A stretch of 64,000 nucleotides of DNA from the NCBI GenBank assembly GCA_014905635.1, contig CM026548.1, forward strand, positions 1,054,001 to 1,118,000, written 5' to 3'. Below the pieces are notes generated by a model. It worked only from the letters and a program-made list of their open reading frames with translations, had not been told where the DNA came from and did not search any database. Positions 49,279-60,783 of this stretch are shown one piece after another. How positions within the stretch are numbered: the stretch's first letter is position 1; every line of letters starts with the position of its first letter. A program made the translations under genes and the position numbers. Origin of the DNA: Scenedesmus sp. PABB004. Taxonomy: Eukaryota.

Positions 49279-49918
49279 CCGCCGGCGCCCCCGCCCGGCC
49301 GCCGCGCCGCCCCCTGCCGCGCGTGGCCCGGCCGCCCGGGTTTCGCCGTTGTGACGTACATCCTGGTCGGGGGCGCGCCGGCCGGATCGGCGGCTGCTGG
49401 CAGTCACGCCGCGCAGGCGCCGCGGCGGTTAAGGAGGGTTTGCCCTTGTCTCCCGCCGCCCGGTCTCGCGTGCGCGCCCGCCGCTCCCGCCGAGCACACC
49501 AACCGCGAGCGCCTCGCGCGCCCGGCCACCGACACGCGGCCCCGGCCCTGCTGCTCTCGATCGCCTGCCGAGGATGCCGCGGGCGAGCGCCTGATCAGGT
49601 GCGCCGTCCGGCAGCCCCACCAGCCCGTGTCCGCGCGCGGGGGGGGCGGCCCCGGCGCCGCGCGGGGCAGCGGGCGCGGCCCCTGCGCGCCGGCGCGCAC
49701 GTTGTGGGGCCGGGCGGCCGCCTATTGGCGCTCCTGGCCCGCTCGCGACCGCCCCTGATCGCCCCCTGCCTGTGGCGCGCGCCGCAGGACCCGTCGCGGC
49801 CCGGCTGCGCCGTTGCGCCCAACAGCAGCAGCACCGGCCTCGGAGCGCGCCCTGCGCGCGACCGCCCGCCGCAGCCCGGGCCCCGCCCACGCGCCCTGGA
49901 GCTCGCCTGAGCCGAAAG

Positions 49919-52900
49919 ATGGACAGGCTAGGAGGCCTGCACAGCTCGCCATCCGCCCAGCTCTGCAGCCGGCGCCAGCAGCAGTCGTCGCTCGCCCCGC
50001 GCGCCCGGGGCCCCGCCCGCGCGCACGTGGTGGCGCTGCGCCCGGCGGCCGCGCCGACCGCGCCAGCAGCCGCCGCCGCGCCGCGCTGGCGGCCCGCGCC
50101 GGGCGGCAGGAAGGTATGCGCGGCGGCTGCGCGGCGCAGCGCGGCGCGGCGCGGCAGCACGCGCGCGCACGCACTCACACGCGCGCACTCACACACGCGC
50201 CCGGCGCCGCCGGCGCGGCAGGTGCGGCTGGCGCCGCCCCGCGCCGTCACGATGTCGGGCGCCGACAGCGTCGCGTCGAGCGAGCCGTCGGGCGTGCAGC
50301 CGCTGGAGATTGAGATTGACAACGAGAGCGAGAAGGACGTGACGCTCATCCGCGTCGAGGGCCGCGGCCAGGGCGCGGCGCTGCTCGGCGCGCTCAGCAG
50401 CGGGCTGCAGCAGTTTGGCGTCAACGTGCGCTCCGCCGCGCAGCAGAGCGAGGACGGCAAGGTCCTCAACGTCTTCAAGGTCACCTCCAGCGACGGCGGC
50501 AAGGTCCCCAAGGTGCGGGGCGGGCCCCGCGGGGCGTGCCCGGCGCGGGCCGTCGCCGGCGCGGGGCGTCGCCGGCCGCCGCCGCCGCGCGGCGCGGGCC
50601 GCCGAGCGCGCCCCGGCCGCGCGCGCGCCGCGGCCGCGCAGGACAAGTGGGAGGGCCTGCGCGACCTGGTCCAGAACATGGCGGCGACGACCAAGGTCTC
50701 CAACCAGCCCGCCATCTACGGCCAGCTCGCCGCGGCGGATGTGATGCGCCTCAAGGGCGAGGCGCCCGCCGGCCTCACCACGGGTGCGCCGCCGCCCGCC
50801 GCGCCGCGCCGGCACGGCGGCCCCCGCGCGCCGGCGCCGCGCAGGGGCGCGGCGCGGCCGGCGGCCGACCGCCGACGCGGCGCCGCGCCGCGCCGCGCTC
50901 CGCCCGCCGCGCGCAGGCGACGCGGTCGCGCTGGAGCTCGCGGCGGCGGAGATGGCGCAGGCGGCGGCCGAGTTTGTGGCGCTGGAGAAGGAGATGGACG
51001 TCCTGCGCGCCAAGGGCGCCGACGGCGGGCTCATTGCACTCAAGGACACCGCGCGGTGCGGGGCAGCGCAGCGCAGGGGCCGCCGCGCAGGGGCTGGGCA
51101 GGGCGGCGCGCCCTGGGCTGGCGGGGACGCGGCGGCCGGCGGCAGCGCGCAGCAGCGCGGCAGCAGCAGCGGCGGGCGGCTGAAGGCGCCGCCGCCGCCG
51201 CCGACCCCGCAGGCAGGAGGCGGCGGCGCTGCTGGAGCGGCGCATGGCGGCGATGGAGGCCTGCCTCGCGGCGCGGCGCGTGATCGTGGCGCCCGAGGCG
51301 CCCAAGACTGCGGCGGAGCTCATGGAGGAGCAGATGAAGGCTGCCGTGTCGGCGCCGCCGCCCGTCACGAGCACGGGCCCCGCGGCAGGCAACGGCTACG
51401 AGATCCTGCTGCAGGCGCGGCGGCGCGCGGGGACGCGCGGCGCGGGGGCGCCCGTCTCGCCCCGCCCGCCCGCGCCCCGCCTCCTCCTCTGCGGGGAACG
51501 CTCTCGCTCCCTCGCTCCCTCGCTCACCACGCGCGCGCCGCCGCCGCGGCCCCGCCGCCCCTGCGTCCCCGCCCCCGCCGCGGCCACAGGCGTTCAACTG
51601 GGAGAGCCACAAGAAGGGCTGGTACAAGTACTGCCTGCCCCAGGTCGCCGAGTGGGCGAAGCAGGGCTTCACCTCCATCTGGCTCCCGCCCCCGAGCGAC
51701 AGCGTCAGCCCCCAGGCGCGCCGCCGCGCACCGCACCGCGCGCCACGCCTGCCGCCCTCTCGCGCCGCCGCCCGCTCCCCCCGCCCGCGCGCTCACCGCC
51801 GCGCGCACGCCGCCGCCGCGCCGCGGCGGCCATGCGCAGGGCTACCTGCCGCGCGACCTGTACAACCTGGACAGCGAGTACGGGAGCGAGTCGGAGCTGC
51901 GCGCGCTCATCCAGGAGTGCCACGCGCACAACATCAAGGTCATTGCCGACATTGTGGTCAACCACCGGTGCGCGTGTGGCGCTGCTGGGGCTGCAGGGGC
52001 GTGGGCGGGCGGCGGGCGGGGGCGGGTGGGGGCGGGTGGGTGGTGGGCGGGCGGGGCGGAAGGGGCGCAGGGGGCGCGGGGCGCGTGCGTGGCCGGGGCG
52101 TCGTCCCGGCCGCCGGCGCGCGCGCGGGGCCGCCCCGCCCACGCCGCCCGCCGCCGCCGCTGCCGCATGCGGCGCGCGCCGCAGCTGCGCCACCTACCAG
52201 AGCCCCGACGGCAAGTGGAACAAGTTTGGCGGCCGCCTCGCGTGGGACAACAGCGCGATCTGCAACAACAACCCCGCCTGGGGCGGCAAGGGCGCGCACA
52301 AGACGGGCGACGACTACCCCGCGGCGCCCAACATCGACCACACGCAGGAGAGCATCCGCACGGACGTCATCGAGTGGCTCCGCTTCCTCAAGAACAGCAT
52401 CGGCTTTGACGGCTGGCGCTTTGACTTTGTGCGCGGCTACAACGGCCAGTTCTGCAAGATCTACACCGACGCCACGGTGCGGCGCTGGCGGCGCCGGCGC
52501 CGGCGGCGCCGGCGCCGGCGCGGGCGTCGCGCTCGCGCTTGCGGCGAGCGGGGGACACGCAGGCACGCGGCGCGGCGTGCCGACTCGTCCGCCGCCGCCG
52601 CGCGTCCGTGCGGCCGCCGCGGGCGCCCCGCAGGTGCCTGAGATGGCGTTTGGCGAGTACTGGGACACCTGCGAGTACACGGACGGCGTGCTCAACTACA
52701 ACCAGGCGCGGCGCGGCGCGGCGCGGCTCGCGCGTGCTGGGCGGCCGTGTGCGCCGAGAGGGGGGAGGGGAGCACGCTGGCCGCTGGCGCGCCGGCGGCC
52801 GCGCGCCCACACGCCGCCGCGCACGCTCGCGCGCGCAGGACGGGCACCGCCAGCGCACGGTGAACTGGGTCGACTCCACGGGCGGCACCAACGCCGCGTT

Positions 52901-53351
52901 TGACTTCACGACCAAGGGCATCCTGCAGGAGGCCCTCGGCCGCAGCGAGCTCTGGCGCCTCGTCGACGCGCAGGCGCGGCGCGCGCGCCGCCCCGCGCTG
53001 CCCACCCACGCGCCGCCGCCTGCTGCGCCCCAGCGCCGCCTGCAACTCCCCGCGCGCGCCCCTGACCCCCGGCCGCCGCCGCCGCCGCGTCCGCGCGCTC
53101 ACCGCGCAGGGCCGGCCGCCCGGCTTTGTGGGCATGTGGCCGAGCCGGGCGATCACGTTCATCGATAACCACGACACCGGCAGCACGCTCAACCACTGGC
53201 CCTTCCCCAGCAACCACCTGCAGGCGCGCGCGCCGCCGCGCCGCCCCGCGCCCGCGCGTCCCTCCAACCTCGCGCCCGCGCCGCCTCGCGCCCCTCCAAA
53301 CACAACACACAGACACACACACCCACACACACCCACACACACACCCACACA

Positions 53352-53431
<80 letters not shown>

Positions 53432-54006
53432 CTCTGCTCCCCTCCCTCTCCTTCCCTCCCCCCCCCCTCCCTCCCGCGCAGGAGGGGTACGCCTACATCC
53501 TGACCCACCCCGGCACGCCCTGCGTGTTCTACGACCACCTCTACGACTCCGGCGGCCTGCGCCAGGTGCGCACGCCCCGCGCCGGGCGCTGGGGCAGGGG
53601 CGGCGGAGAGCGCGGCGCGGCAGGGAGCGCGCGGCGCGGCAGGGAGAGCGGCAGAGCGCGCGGCGGCCCCGCGGCGCCGCGCCCTTTGCCGACCTGGCCG
53701 GCACAGCACGCTCACGCGCACACACTCACACACGCACGCTCGTCGCGCGCGCCCGCGCCGCAGTGCATCCTGGACCTGCTCGAGGTGCGCCAGCGCCACG
53801 CACTCGACTGCCGCGCCAAGGTGCTCGTACGCAAGGCCGCGGGTGACGTCTACGCGGCGACCGTTAATGACAAGATCGCGATCAAGATCGGCCGCGGCGA
53901 CTGGTCGCCCAACAGCGCCAAGATCGACGCCCCCGGCGGCAAGCAGTGGGTCAAGGCCTGCAGCGGGCACAACTGGGCGTGCTGGGAGGTCGGCGCGCGC
54001 GCGTGA
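49919..54006 (+). CDS. Plastid alpha-amylase (GH13, plant type) with an N-terminal ACT-like domain and coiled coil
   Basis: [110 protein letters not shown]. Confidence 0.94.
53300..53427 (+). repeat. (CA)n microsatellite in an amylase intron
   Basis: Long CA/CACC tract read directly. Confidence 0.95.
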
Positions 54007-54660
54007 ACCCGCCCACGCGGGGGCGGCGCGGCGGTGGGGCGTGGGGCGGCGCTGGGGAGGGGCGCCGCGGCGCCGGGGGTGGGGGCGGCGGCCGAGCGCG
54101 GCTGCGGCTGCAGCGGCGGCGGCGGCGGCGGGAGGGGCGGGCGCGGCGAGCGGGCCGCGCCCCGCGCCGGGCCGCGGCACTGGCGGCGATTGGCATTGCT
54201 AGGAGGCCTGGGCGGGGCGGACGCCCCAGGGGGCGCACGGAACCCAGTCGTGTGCGCACGGGCGCCGGAATTCGTGCCGTGCCGGCGAGTGCACGGCCAG
54301 CGCGCCGCGCGCGCGCGCGCTCACCTCACCGCCGGCACGCGCGGCCGCGCCCGCCGCGGCGGCGCGCCGGCAGCGGCGCCTGCAGCTGCGGCGGCGGCGC
54401 GCCGGCGCCCCGGCGGGCGCGCGGCACTTCTTTGCTGTGCAGTGCAGTTCATGTACTACCGCCGCGGCTCCCTGCATGTGTGTGTTGGCCGCCATGGCGT
54501 GGCAGGGGCGGGGGGCGGTGCGCTCGCGCAAGAGAGTAGATAGCGGCGCGCGTTGCGGGGGCGCGCCGGGCCGGCGGCACGCGCGCGGCGCGACGGCGGA
54601 CGGACGGATTCTTTGCAACCCACGCGGAGCCCCCGGCCGACCCTCCCCCCCCCCCCCCCA

Positions 54661-56673
54661 TCAGCAGCACATGAGCCGCCAGCGCTGCCACGTCACGGTG
54701 CAGCGCGGCATGCTGCGCTCCAGCGCGTCGCGCCAGCCCGGCTCGGGCGTGCGCCGGTAGTTGTAGACGACGTGCAGCGCGCGCAGCGCGCCCGCGCCGC
54801 GCAGCGCGTCGACCGCTGCGTCGGTCAGCAGGTCGAGCGGCAGGCGCAAGCTCGCGAGCGCGGGCAGTGCGGCGACCGCGAGCGGCACGAGCGCGCGCGG
54901 GAGGGGGCCGTCGGTCCAGTCACTGCGCACGCAGTCGAGGTGCGTGAGCGCCGGCAGGCCCGCCACGAGCGCGGCGGCCGTCGCGTCGCCGCCCGCGAGC
55001 TCGCACTGCTCCAGCGCCAGCCGCGTCAGGCGCGGCGCCGCGAGCGCGGCCGCGGCGTCGCCGTCGAGCGTCGACCACGACACCACGAGGCTGCGCAGCC
55101 GCGGCAGCGCCGACACGGCCGCGAGCACCGGCGCGAGCGAGCCGCCGTCCTCGTCCTCCTCGTCCTCGTCCGCCGCGCCGCCGCCGGGCGCGCTCGCGTC
55201 CGGGTCGCGCGGGGTCGTGACGTCCACGGCGCCGAGGTCGAGGTGCTCCAGCAGCGTGAGCGCGCTGAGCGCGGCGACGACCTCGGCCGCGCCGACGGAG
55301 GGGCACGCGACGCCGGTGCAGCTCAGGCGCGTCACGAGGCGCGCGCGCGCGAGGTGCGGCAGCAGCGACGGCGCGAGCGGCACGTCCGCGAGCGCGACGA
55401 CCGGCAGCGCCGCCCACGCCGGCGCGAGCGGCCCGAGCTCGCCCTCGCCCGCGCCGCGGCACTCGAGCTCGACGCGCCGCAGGCGCGGCAGCGCGGCGAG
55501 CGCGTGCAGCTCGCGCGGCGGCAGCGCCTCGTGGTCGGGGCTGACCGACAGCGCGGACAGCCGCGACAGGCCGAGCAGCGGCGCGAGCGTCGGCGCGTCG
55601 GCCACGTCGAGCTCCTCCACGCTGCGCCGGCGGCGGCGGCGGGCGGCGTGATCGCGGGCGCGGGCGCGGGCGTGCGCGGCGCGCGGGCGCGCCCCGCCGC
55701 CGCCGCCGCCGCCGCAGCCGCCGGCGACGCACCTGGGCGGCAGCGCGTCGCCGGCGCGCAGCTGCACGGTGAAGGTCGCGGCGTCGTAGTGCCGGAGCGA
55801 GGTGACGCCCGACAGGTGGCCCAGCTCCAGGCGCGCGCCGGGCCCCGGGTCGAGCGGGCGCGGCGACGCGACGGCGTGCCCGAGCGACAGCGCGCGCAGG
55901 CTCGTGGGCAGGCAGGCCAGGCCGTCGAGCGTGTTGAGCGCGAGCGCCGTGAGCGCCGACAGGCACGGCAGCGCGCGCCGCAGCTGGCGGCCCTCCTCGT
56001 CCGCCGCGGGCGGCACGCTCAGGCGCAGGCTGCGCAGCATCGTGAGCGCCGCGAGCGCCGGCGGCGCCTCGGGCCGCGGCGGCGGCGGCGCTGGGCGGGC
56101 CAGCGGCTCGCCGCTGAGCAGGAGCTGCTGCAGCGAGTACCGCGCCTGGCGCTGGTGCCAGCCAAACGCGAGCACCTCGCAGCCCGCCGCGCGGCGGCCG
56201 TGGCGGCAGGGCGCGCGCGGCTGCGCCGCGAGCAGCTCGCGCCGCGCGCACGCGTCCGCGACGGTCAGGCCGCGCAGCAGGTGCGCGTGCCGCGCGAGCC
56301 AGCACTGCACGAACGCCAGGCCCGCCTCCTGGAAGGCCGCGCGCAGCGGCAGCGGGGAGCGGTCGTACGCGGCGTGCCGCTCCCGCACCACCGCCTCCAG
56401 CCCGTGGCAGCGCGCGTCCACCGTGGCGCGCGTGGCGGCGCAGGCGACGAGCAGCTTGCACGCGACCTCCATGTCCGCCAGTGCCGGGTGCGCCAGCAGG
56501 ACCTGCCAGGCGCCGTGGTCGAGCAGCGACGGCGGGGGCTCGGCCCCTGTCGACGGCAGCAGCGGCGGCAGCAGTGGCGGCAGCAGCGGCGGTGCCGGGC
56601 GAGTTGCTGCCAATGCCCGCCCACGCGGTCCCCGCGGCAGGTGGCCGAGGGTGCGGTCCGCACCCGGCTCCAT
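54661..56673 (-). CDS. Leucine-rich-repeat (RNI-like) protein with one short intron at about 55622-55732
   Basis: Repeated LxxLxxLxxLxL units (LAALTMLRSLRLS, LSALTALAL, LSALTLLEHLDLG, VSALPRLRSLVVS, LPALTHLD). C-terminal LERSMPRCTV. Confidence 0.75.
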   Translation of the reverse strand: MEPGADRTLGHLPRGPRGRALAATRPAPPLLPPLLPPLLPSTGAEPPPSLLDHGAWQVLLAHPALADMEVACKLLVACAATRATVDARCHGLEAVVRERHAAYDRSPLPLRAAFQEAGLAFVQCWLARHAHLLRGLTVADACARRELLAAQPRAPCRHGRRAAGCEVLAFGWHQRQARYSLQQLLLSGEPLARPAPPPPRPEAPPALAALTMLRSLRLSVPPAADEEGRQLRRALPCLSALTALALNTLDGLACLPTSLRALSLGHAVASPRPLDPGPGARLELGHLSGVTSLRHYDAATFTVQLRAGDALPPRCVAGGCGGGGGGGARPRAAHARARARDHAARRRRRRSVEELDVADAPTLAPLLGLSRLSALSVSPDHEALPPRELHALAALPRLRRVELECRGAGEGELGPLAPAWAALPVVALADVPLAPSLLPHLARARLVTRLSCTGVACPSVGAAEVVAALSALTLLEHLDLGAVDVTTPRDPDASAPGGGAADEDEEDEDGGSLAPVLAAVSALPRLRSLVVSWSTLDGDAAAALAAPRLTRLALEQCELAGGDATAAALVAGLPALTHLDCVRSDWTDGPLPRALVPLAVAALPALASLRLPLDLLTDAAVDALRGAGALRALHVVYNYRRTPEPGWRDALERSMPRCTVTWQRWRLMCC

Positions 56674-57391
56674 GGCGCGAGGGCGTGGGCGGCGGGGAGG
56701 GCACCGCCGGTCACAGTGAATGTGAGCTGCTTGCAGAGCGCCCCGCGCGGCCGCTTGCCGCGCCTGGCGGGTGCTGCGGGAGCGATGGCGAGGCGAGCGC
56801 TGCCTCAGGGCACGCTGCGGCGAGCAGCGGAGCGCGGCACTGGCGGCGGAGCAGCGGCGGCGTTGCCTGCGGTGTGTGACTGCGCGCGGCGGCGGTGCGA
56901 GTGGCGAGTTCTGTTGGTGATGTGCCGGGCGGGAGGGGGCCACGGAGGCAAGCTCGACCGCCGCAGGCAAGCTCAACCGCCGCGGTCCGACGACCGCTCG
57001 AGCCCTGCCGCTCGGGGCGCACCCCGGCGAGCGGCGGCGCAGCGGCGTGGGCTGCCCGCGCGCACCGTCCGCGGCGGCGTGAGCTGACCCCGCGCGCTGG
57101 CGGCGGTGGCGCGCGCTGGAGCGCTGCAGGGCATCGGCGCTAGCAGCTGGCCGCTGCGAGCGACGACCGGCTGTCGGCGCCGCGCGGCGCTTTGTGGCCC
57201 GCTCTGGCCGCGCTGGCAGGTCGGTCGGGGGCCCGGCCGCGCTGGCGTCAAGTGCGCGGCCGAGGCGGGCCCGCCCGGCGGCTGCGCGCCGCTGTGCGCG
57301 CAGCGCGCGCGCGCTGCTGCCCGAAGCTGCCTGGCGGCCTGCCGCCGGCCCCGCCGGCCCCAGAACGACGCGTTGGGTGGCGGGGACCCCC

Positions 57392-57415
57392 AAAAACGAA
57401 GCGGGGCGACCAAAA
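57392..57415 (-). terminator. Pol III oligo-T terminators downstream of tRNA-Ala
   Basis: T4 (57412-57415) and T5 (57392-57396) on the minus strand. Confidence 0.6.
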
Positions 57416-57432
57416 GCTGCAAGGGCAGCGAG

Positions 57433-57505
57433 TGGAGTCGGAGGGTATCGATCCCCCTACCTCCCGCATGCTAAGCGGGCGCTCTACCATCTGAGCTACG
57501 ACCCC
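57433..57505 (-). tRNA. trnA-AGC: tRNA-Ala, anticodon AGC (IGC)
   Basis: GGGGTCG TAGCTCAGATGGTAGAGCG CCCGC-TTAGCAT-GCGGG AGGTA GGGGG-ATCGATA-CCCTC CGACTCC A. 73 nt, G3:U70 Ala identity pair, eukaryotic Ala ATCG T-loop. Confidence 0.97.
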
Positions 57506-58095
57506 GGGGTCAGAGTGCAATTCAACGCCACTGCAACGTTTATATTCAGGGAAATCAGAACTTCAAGACTCCCCAAAATGACCCTTTTTCGCCCGCCTGA
57601 AAACCGCTCTGTCAAGGCCCGACCCCGGGGTATTTAGCAAATTTTGATCCTTGCCCGAAAAATAACAGAAAACGGAGAAAGCACAAAGGACAGCAAAGGC
57701 GACTCCGACGCGCGGACACAGCGCCGGGCTGGCCCGCACAGGCCCGCTGAAACGCTCATCAACCTCGCAGGGGTGGGACGGGGCCGGGGCCTGCAGCAGA
57801 TAGGCAGGCGCGGCAGAGCCGAGGCGGGCGCGGCAGCGCGGACTCGTGGTGGGCGAGCATGCCGCGCACCTCGTGGGCACAGGTCGGGTGCGGCGCGACG
57901 GTCGGTCGCGGGCAGAGCGCGCACGGCTGTTGCGCGCGCTGACGCGAGCAACGGGAGCGATCCACGACCGTTTCGCCCAGCCGGCGCGCGCCCAACCAAC
58001 TGGCGCCGCCGCCGCCGCGCGAGCAGACCACACCGCGCCGCGCGCCGCCGCCCCGCGACGCCCCGGCCGCCGCCGCCGCCTGCTCCGGCGCGGCC

Positions 58096-59667
58096 TCACT
58101 TGCTGCCCGCGCGCTGCTTGAGGCGCAGCGCCTCGCCGACGCGCTGGATGCCGTTGCCTGTGTAGGGGTTGGGCTTGCGCACCGCGCGGATCGCGGCCGC
58201 CGCGTTTGTCACCGTCGCCTTGTCGGTGCCGTAGAGGTACATGAGCGTGGGCTTGACAAAGAACCCCAGCACGCCTGGCGGGAGCGGGAAGATGCACGCG
58301 CGCGTGTAGCCGACCTGCGCCAGTGCGCACGCGCGGGGGGGGGGGGGGGTGACGCCGGGGGCGCGTGACGCCGTGGGCGCGCGGCGCGCGCGTGCCGGCG
58401 GGCGTGCGTGCGTGCCACGCCGCGCCGCGCCGCGCCTTGAGCCGCACAGCGCGCGCGGGCGCCTTGTGGGGGTATGTGATGGTGCTCTTCTCGGCCTCCG
58501 CCTCCCAGATGATGCGCCGCTTGGGCGCGGCGGCGCCGCCCGCGGCGTCGGCGTCGCCGCGCCGCGCCGCGAGCGCCGCCGCGACGGTTGCGTCGGGGAC
58601 GGGCTCCATGCGGTACCCGACGCCCTGCACGGTCAGGCCCACCAGGTAGCCCTGCTGGGGTTTAGGGGTTCAGGGGTCCAGGAGGGGGGTGCGTGGCGCC
58701 GGCGTGAGCAACGGCGGCGGCCGCGGGGAGCTGCAGGCGCGGCAGCAGCTGCGGCGGCGCGCGGCGCGGCGCGGCCGCGGGCGGGGCGCGCCTGCGTGAC
58801 GCCGTGCACCGCGTTGTCTATGTGCGTCTGGATGCCGCGCCAGCAGCGCTTGCTGGGGCTGGCGAGCAGCAGCAGCGACCCCGTGCCCGGGCCCGCCGCG
58901 GCGTCGGCGGCCGACTGCGCGTGGCACTGCCACGCCACGAGGCCCGTGGGGTCCAGGAACGAGAGCGGCAGCGACGTGCTGCCAGCCTTGCCTGCGCGGC
59001 CCGCGGGCAGCGGTCGGCGCGCGCCGGCCGCCGCGCCGCGCCGCGCCGCGCGCCGCCGATCGCCCCGCCGCGCCGCGCGCCCCGCGCCGCGCGCCCGGGG
59101 CGCACCCGTGAGCGTGAGCGCGCCGCCCTGCAGCGCCACGTCCACCTGGGGCGGCACGCGGATGACCATGCGGTTGATGCGCCCGTCCCGGGCGGGCTTG
59201 CGGAAGCGCGGCAGCGGCCGCGGCGCGGCGCCGTGCGGGGCGAGCTGCCGCAGCCCCGCCGTCAGCTGCAGCTGCGCCGCCGCCGCGACCTCCGCCGCCG
59301 CGGGTAGCGGCGGCAGGCGCGCCGGCGCGCGCAGCGACTGCAGCACGCCCCCGGCCGCGCCGCGCAGCCACCACCCGGCGTGCTCGTGCCGCCCGGCTGC
59401 CGCCTGCGGCCAGCCCAGCTGCTGCTGCTGCTGCTGCTGCTGCTGAACCTGCTGCCCCTGCTGCTGCTGCTGCTGCTGCCCCTGCTGCTCCTGCTGCCGC
59501 TGCGGCCGCCGGGCGGCGGCGCTGATCTCCGCGCCGCCGCTGCCGCCGTCGCGCCCCGCGTGCGCGCCGGGCCCGCCCGCCAGGCAGCGCGCCAGGCAGC
59601 GGGCCACGAGGCAGGGCCCGCCAGCCGCCCAGGCGCGCTGGGCGCCGAGCGCTGCGCTCGGCAGCAT
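58096..59667 (-). CDS. MRPL6: Mitochondrial ribosomal protein uL6 with a long Gln-rich presequence
   Basis: IRVPPQVDV..LTLTGKAG, HIDNAVHGVTQGYLVGLTVQGVGYR, LKVGYT, LYLYGTDKATVTNAAAAIRAVRKPNPYTGNGI. Confidence 0.9.
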
Positions 59668-60034
59668 GCTGCTGCTGCTGCCGCCGCTGCCGCCGCTGCT
59701 GCTGCCGGTGCTGGTTGGGCGCTACTGGTGGCGCTGGTGCCGGTGGAGGCGCGCGCGTGCGCTCTCGCTGCCCTTGCGCGCACGCAAATGTCCGCCGCCC
59801 CTCCAGCTGCCCGCTCCGCGAACTCTGCGCCGCAATCCCGCCCGGGCGCACGACAACGCCCGTGAGCGAAGCACGGACCGCCAGCGCCGCCGGCCCGGTC
59901 CCTCGTGCCTCCAGGAGCGCCGAGACGCGCCCACCACCCGACCGGCAAGCGCAGCCCGCACGCTCGCGACGGCCGCGTTGGTGGCGATGTCCGGCCGCCG
60001 CGGGGACTGAGGCCGCGGCGGCAGCGTGGGCGGC

Positions 60035-60733
60035 ATGGACGAGAAGGAGGATGGTGCAGCCCCGGCCGCGCCCGCCGAGGCCAAGGACGCGCCCGCGGGG
60101 CTGCCCCAGAACTTCCCCAGCGGCCTGCGGGTGCGCTGAAGCGGCGCCCGGCCGGGGCGGCGCAGCGGCGCGGCGGCGCGCGCGCCGGCAGCGGCGGACC
60201 GCGCCGGCGGCCAATTCGCGCCGCGCGCCGTCGCGCGCGCCGCCGCGGCGCCGCCGGTGGCGCGCCGGCCCCGCGACCGTGCCCGGGGAGCGGCGGCGGC
60301 GCGGCGGCGCGGCGGCGCGCCGCGCCGCGCCCAGCGGCAGCGGCGGCAGCAGCGGCCGGCAGCAGCGCGCGCCGCCCGCCCGACCGCGCCGCCCACGCCC
60401 CGCGCCGCGCCACCCACGCCCCGCGCCGCCTCGGCGCGCCAGGTCATGGTCGTGGACGACGACCCGCTGTGCCTGAAGATCATCGATCAGATGCTGCGCC
60501 GCTGCAACTACGAGGTCTTCACGTGCGCGACCGCGGCCAAGGCGCTCGACGCGCTGCGCGACAAGACCAACAACTACGACCTCGTGCTCTCGGACGTCTA
60601 CATGCCGGGTGCGTGTGCGCGCGGCGCGGCCGCGGCCGCGGCGCGGCGGCGCCCGCGCCCCCGCCCGTCGCCGCGGGCGCGGCCGGCGCGCGCCGGGCGG
60701 GCGACGCGCAGCGGCGCGGCGGCCCACGCGCTC

Positions 60734-60783
<50 letters not shown>

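Noticed and set aside
55622..55732. Odd Arg/Gly-rich insert in the LRR ORF
   Set aside because: It is a stop-free, in-frame GT-AG intron (CCCAG|GTGCG...GCGCAG|CGTG). Splicing gives ALPPSVEELDV.
57433..57505. tRNA-derived SINE rather than a true tRNA
   Set aside because: The cloverleaf is perfect with Ala identity elements and is followed closely by oligo-T. There is no SINE body or tail.
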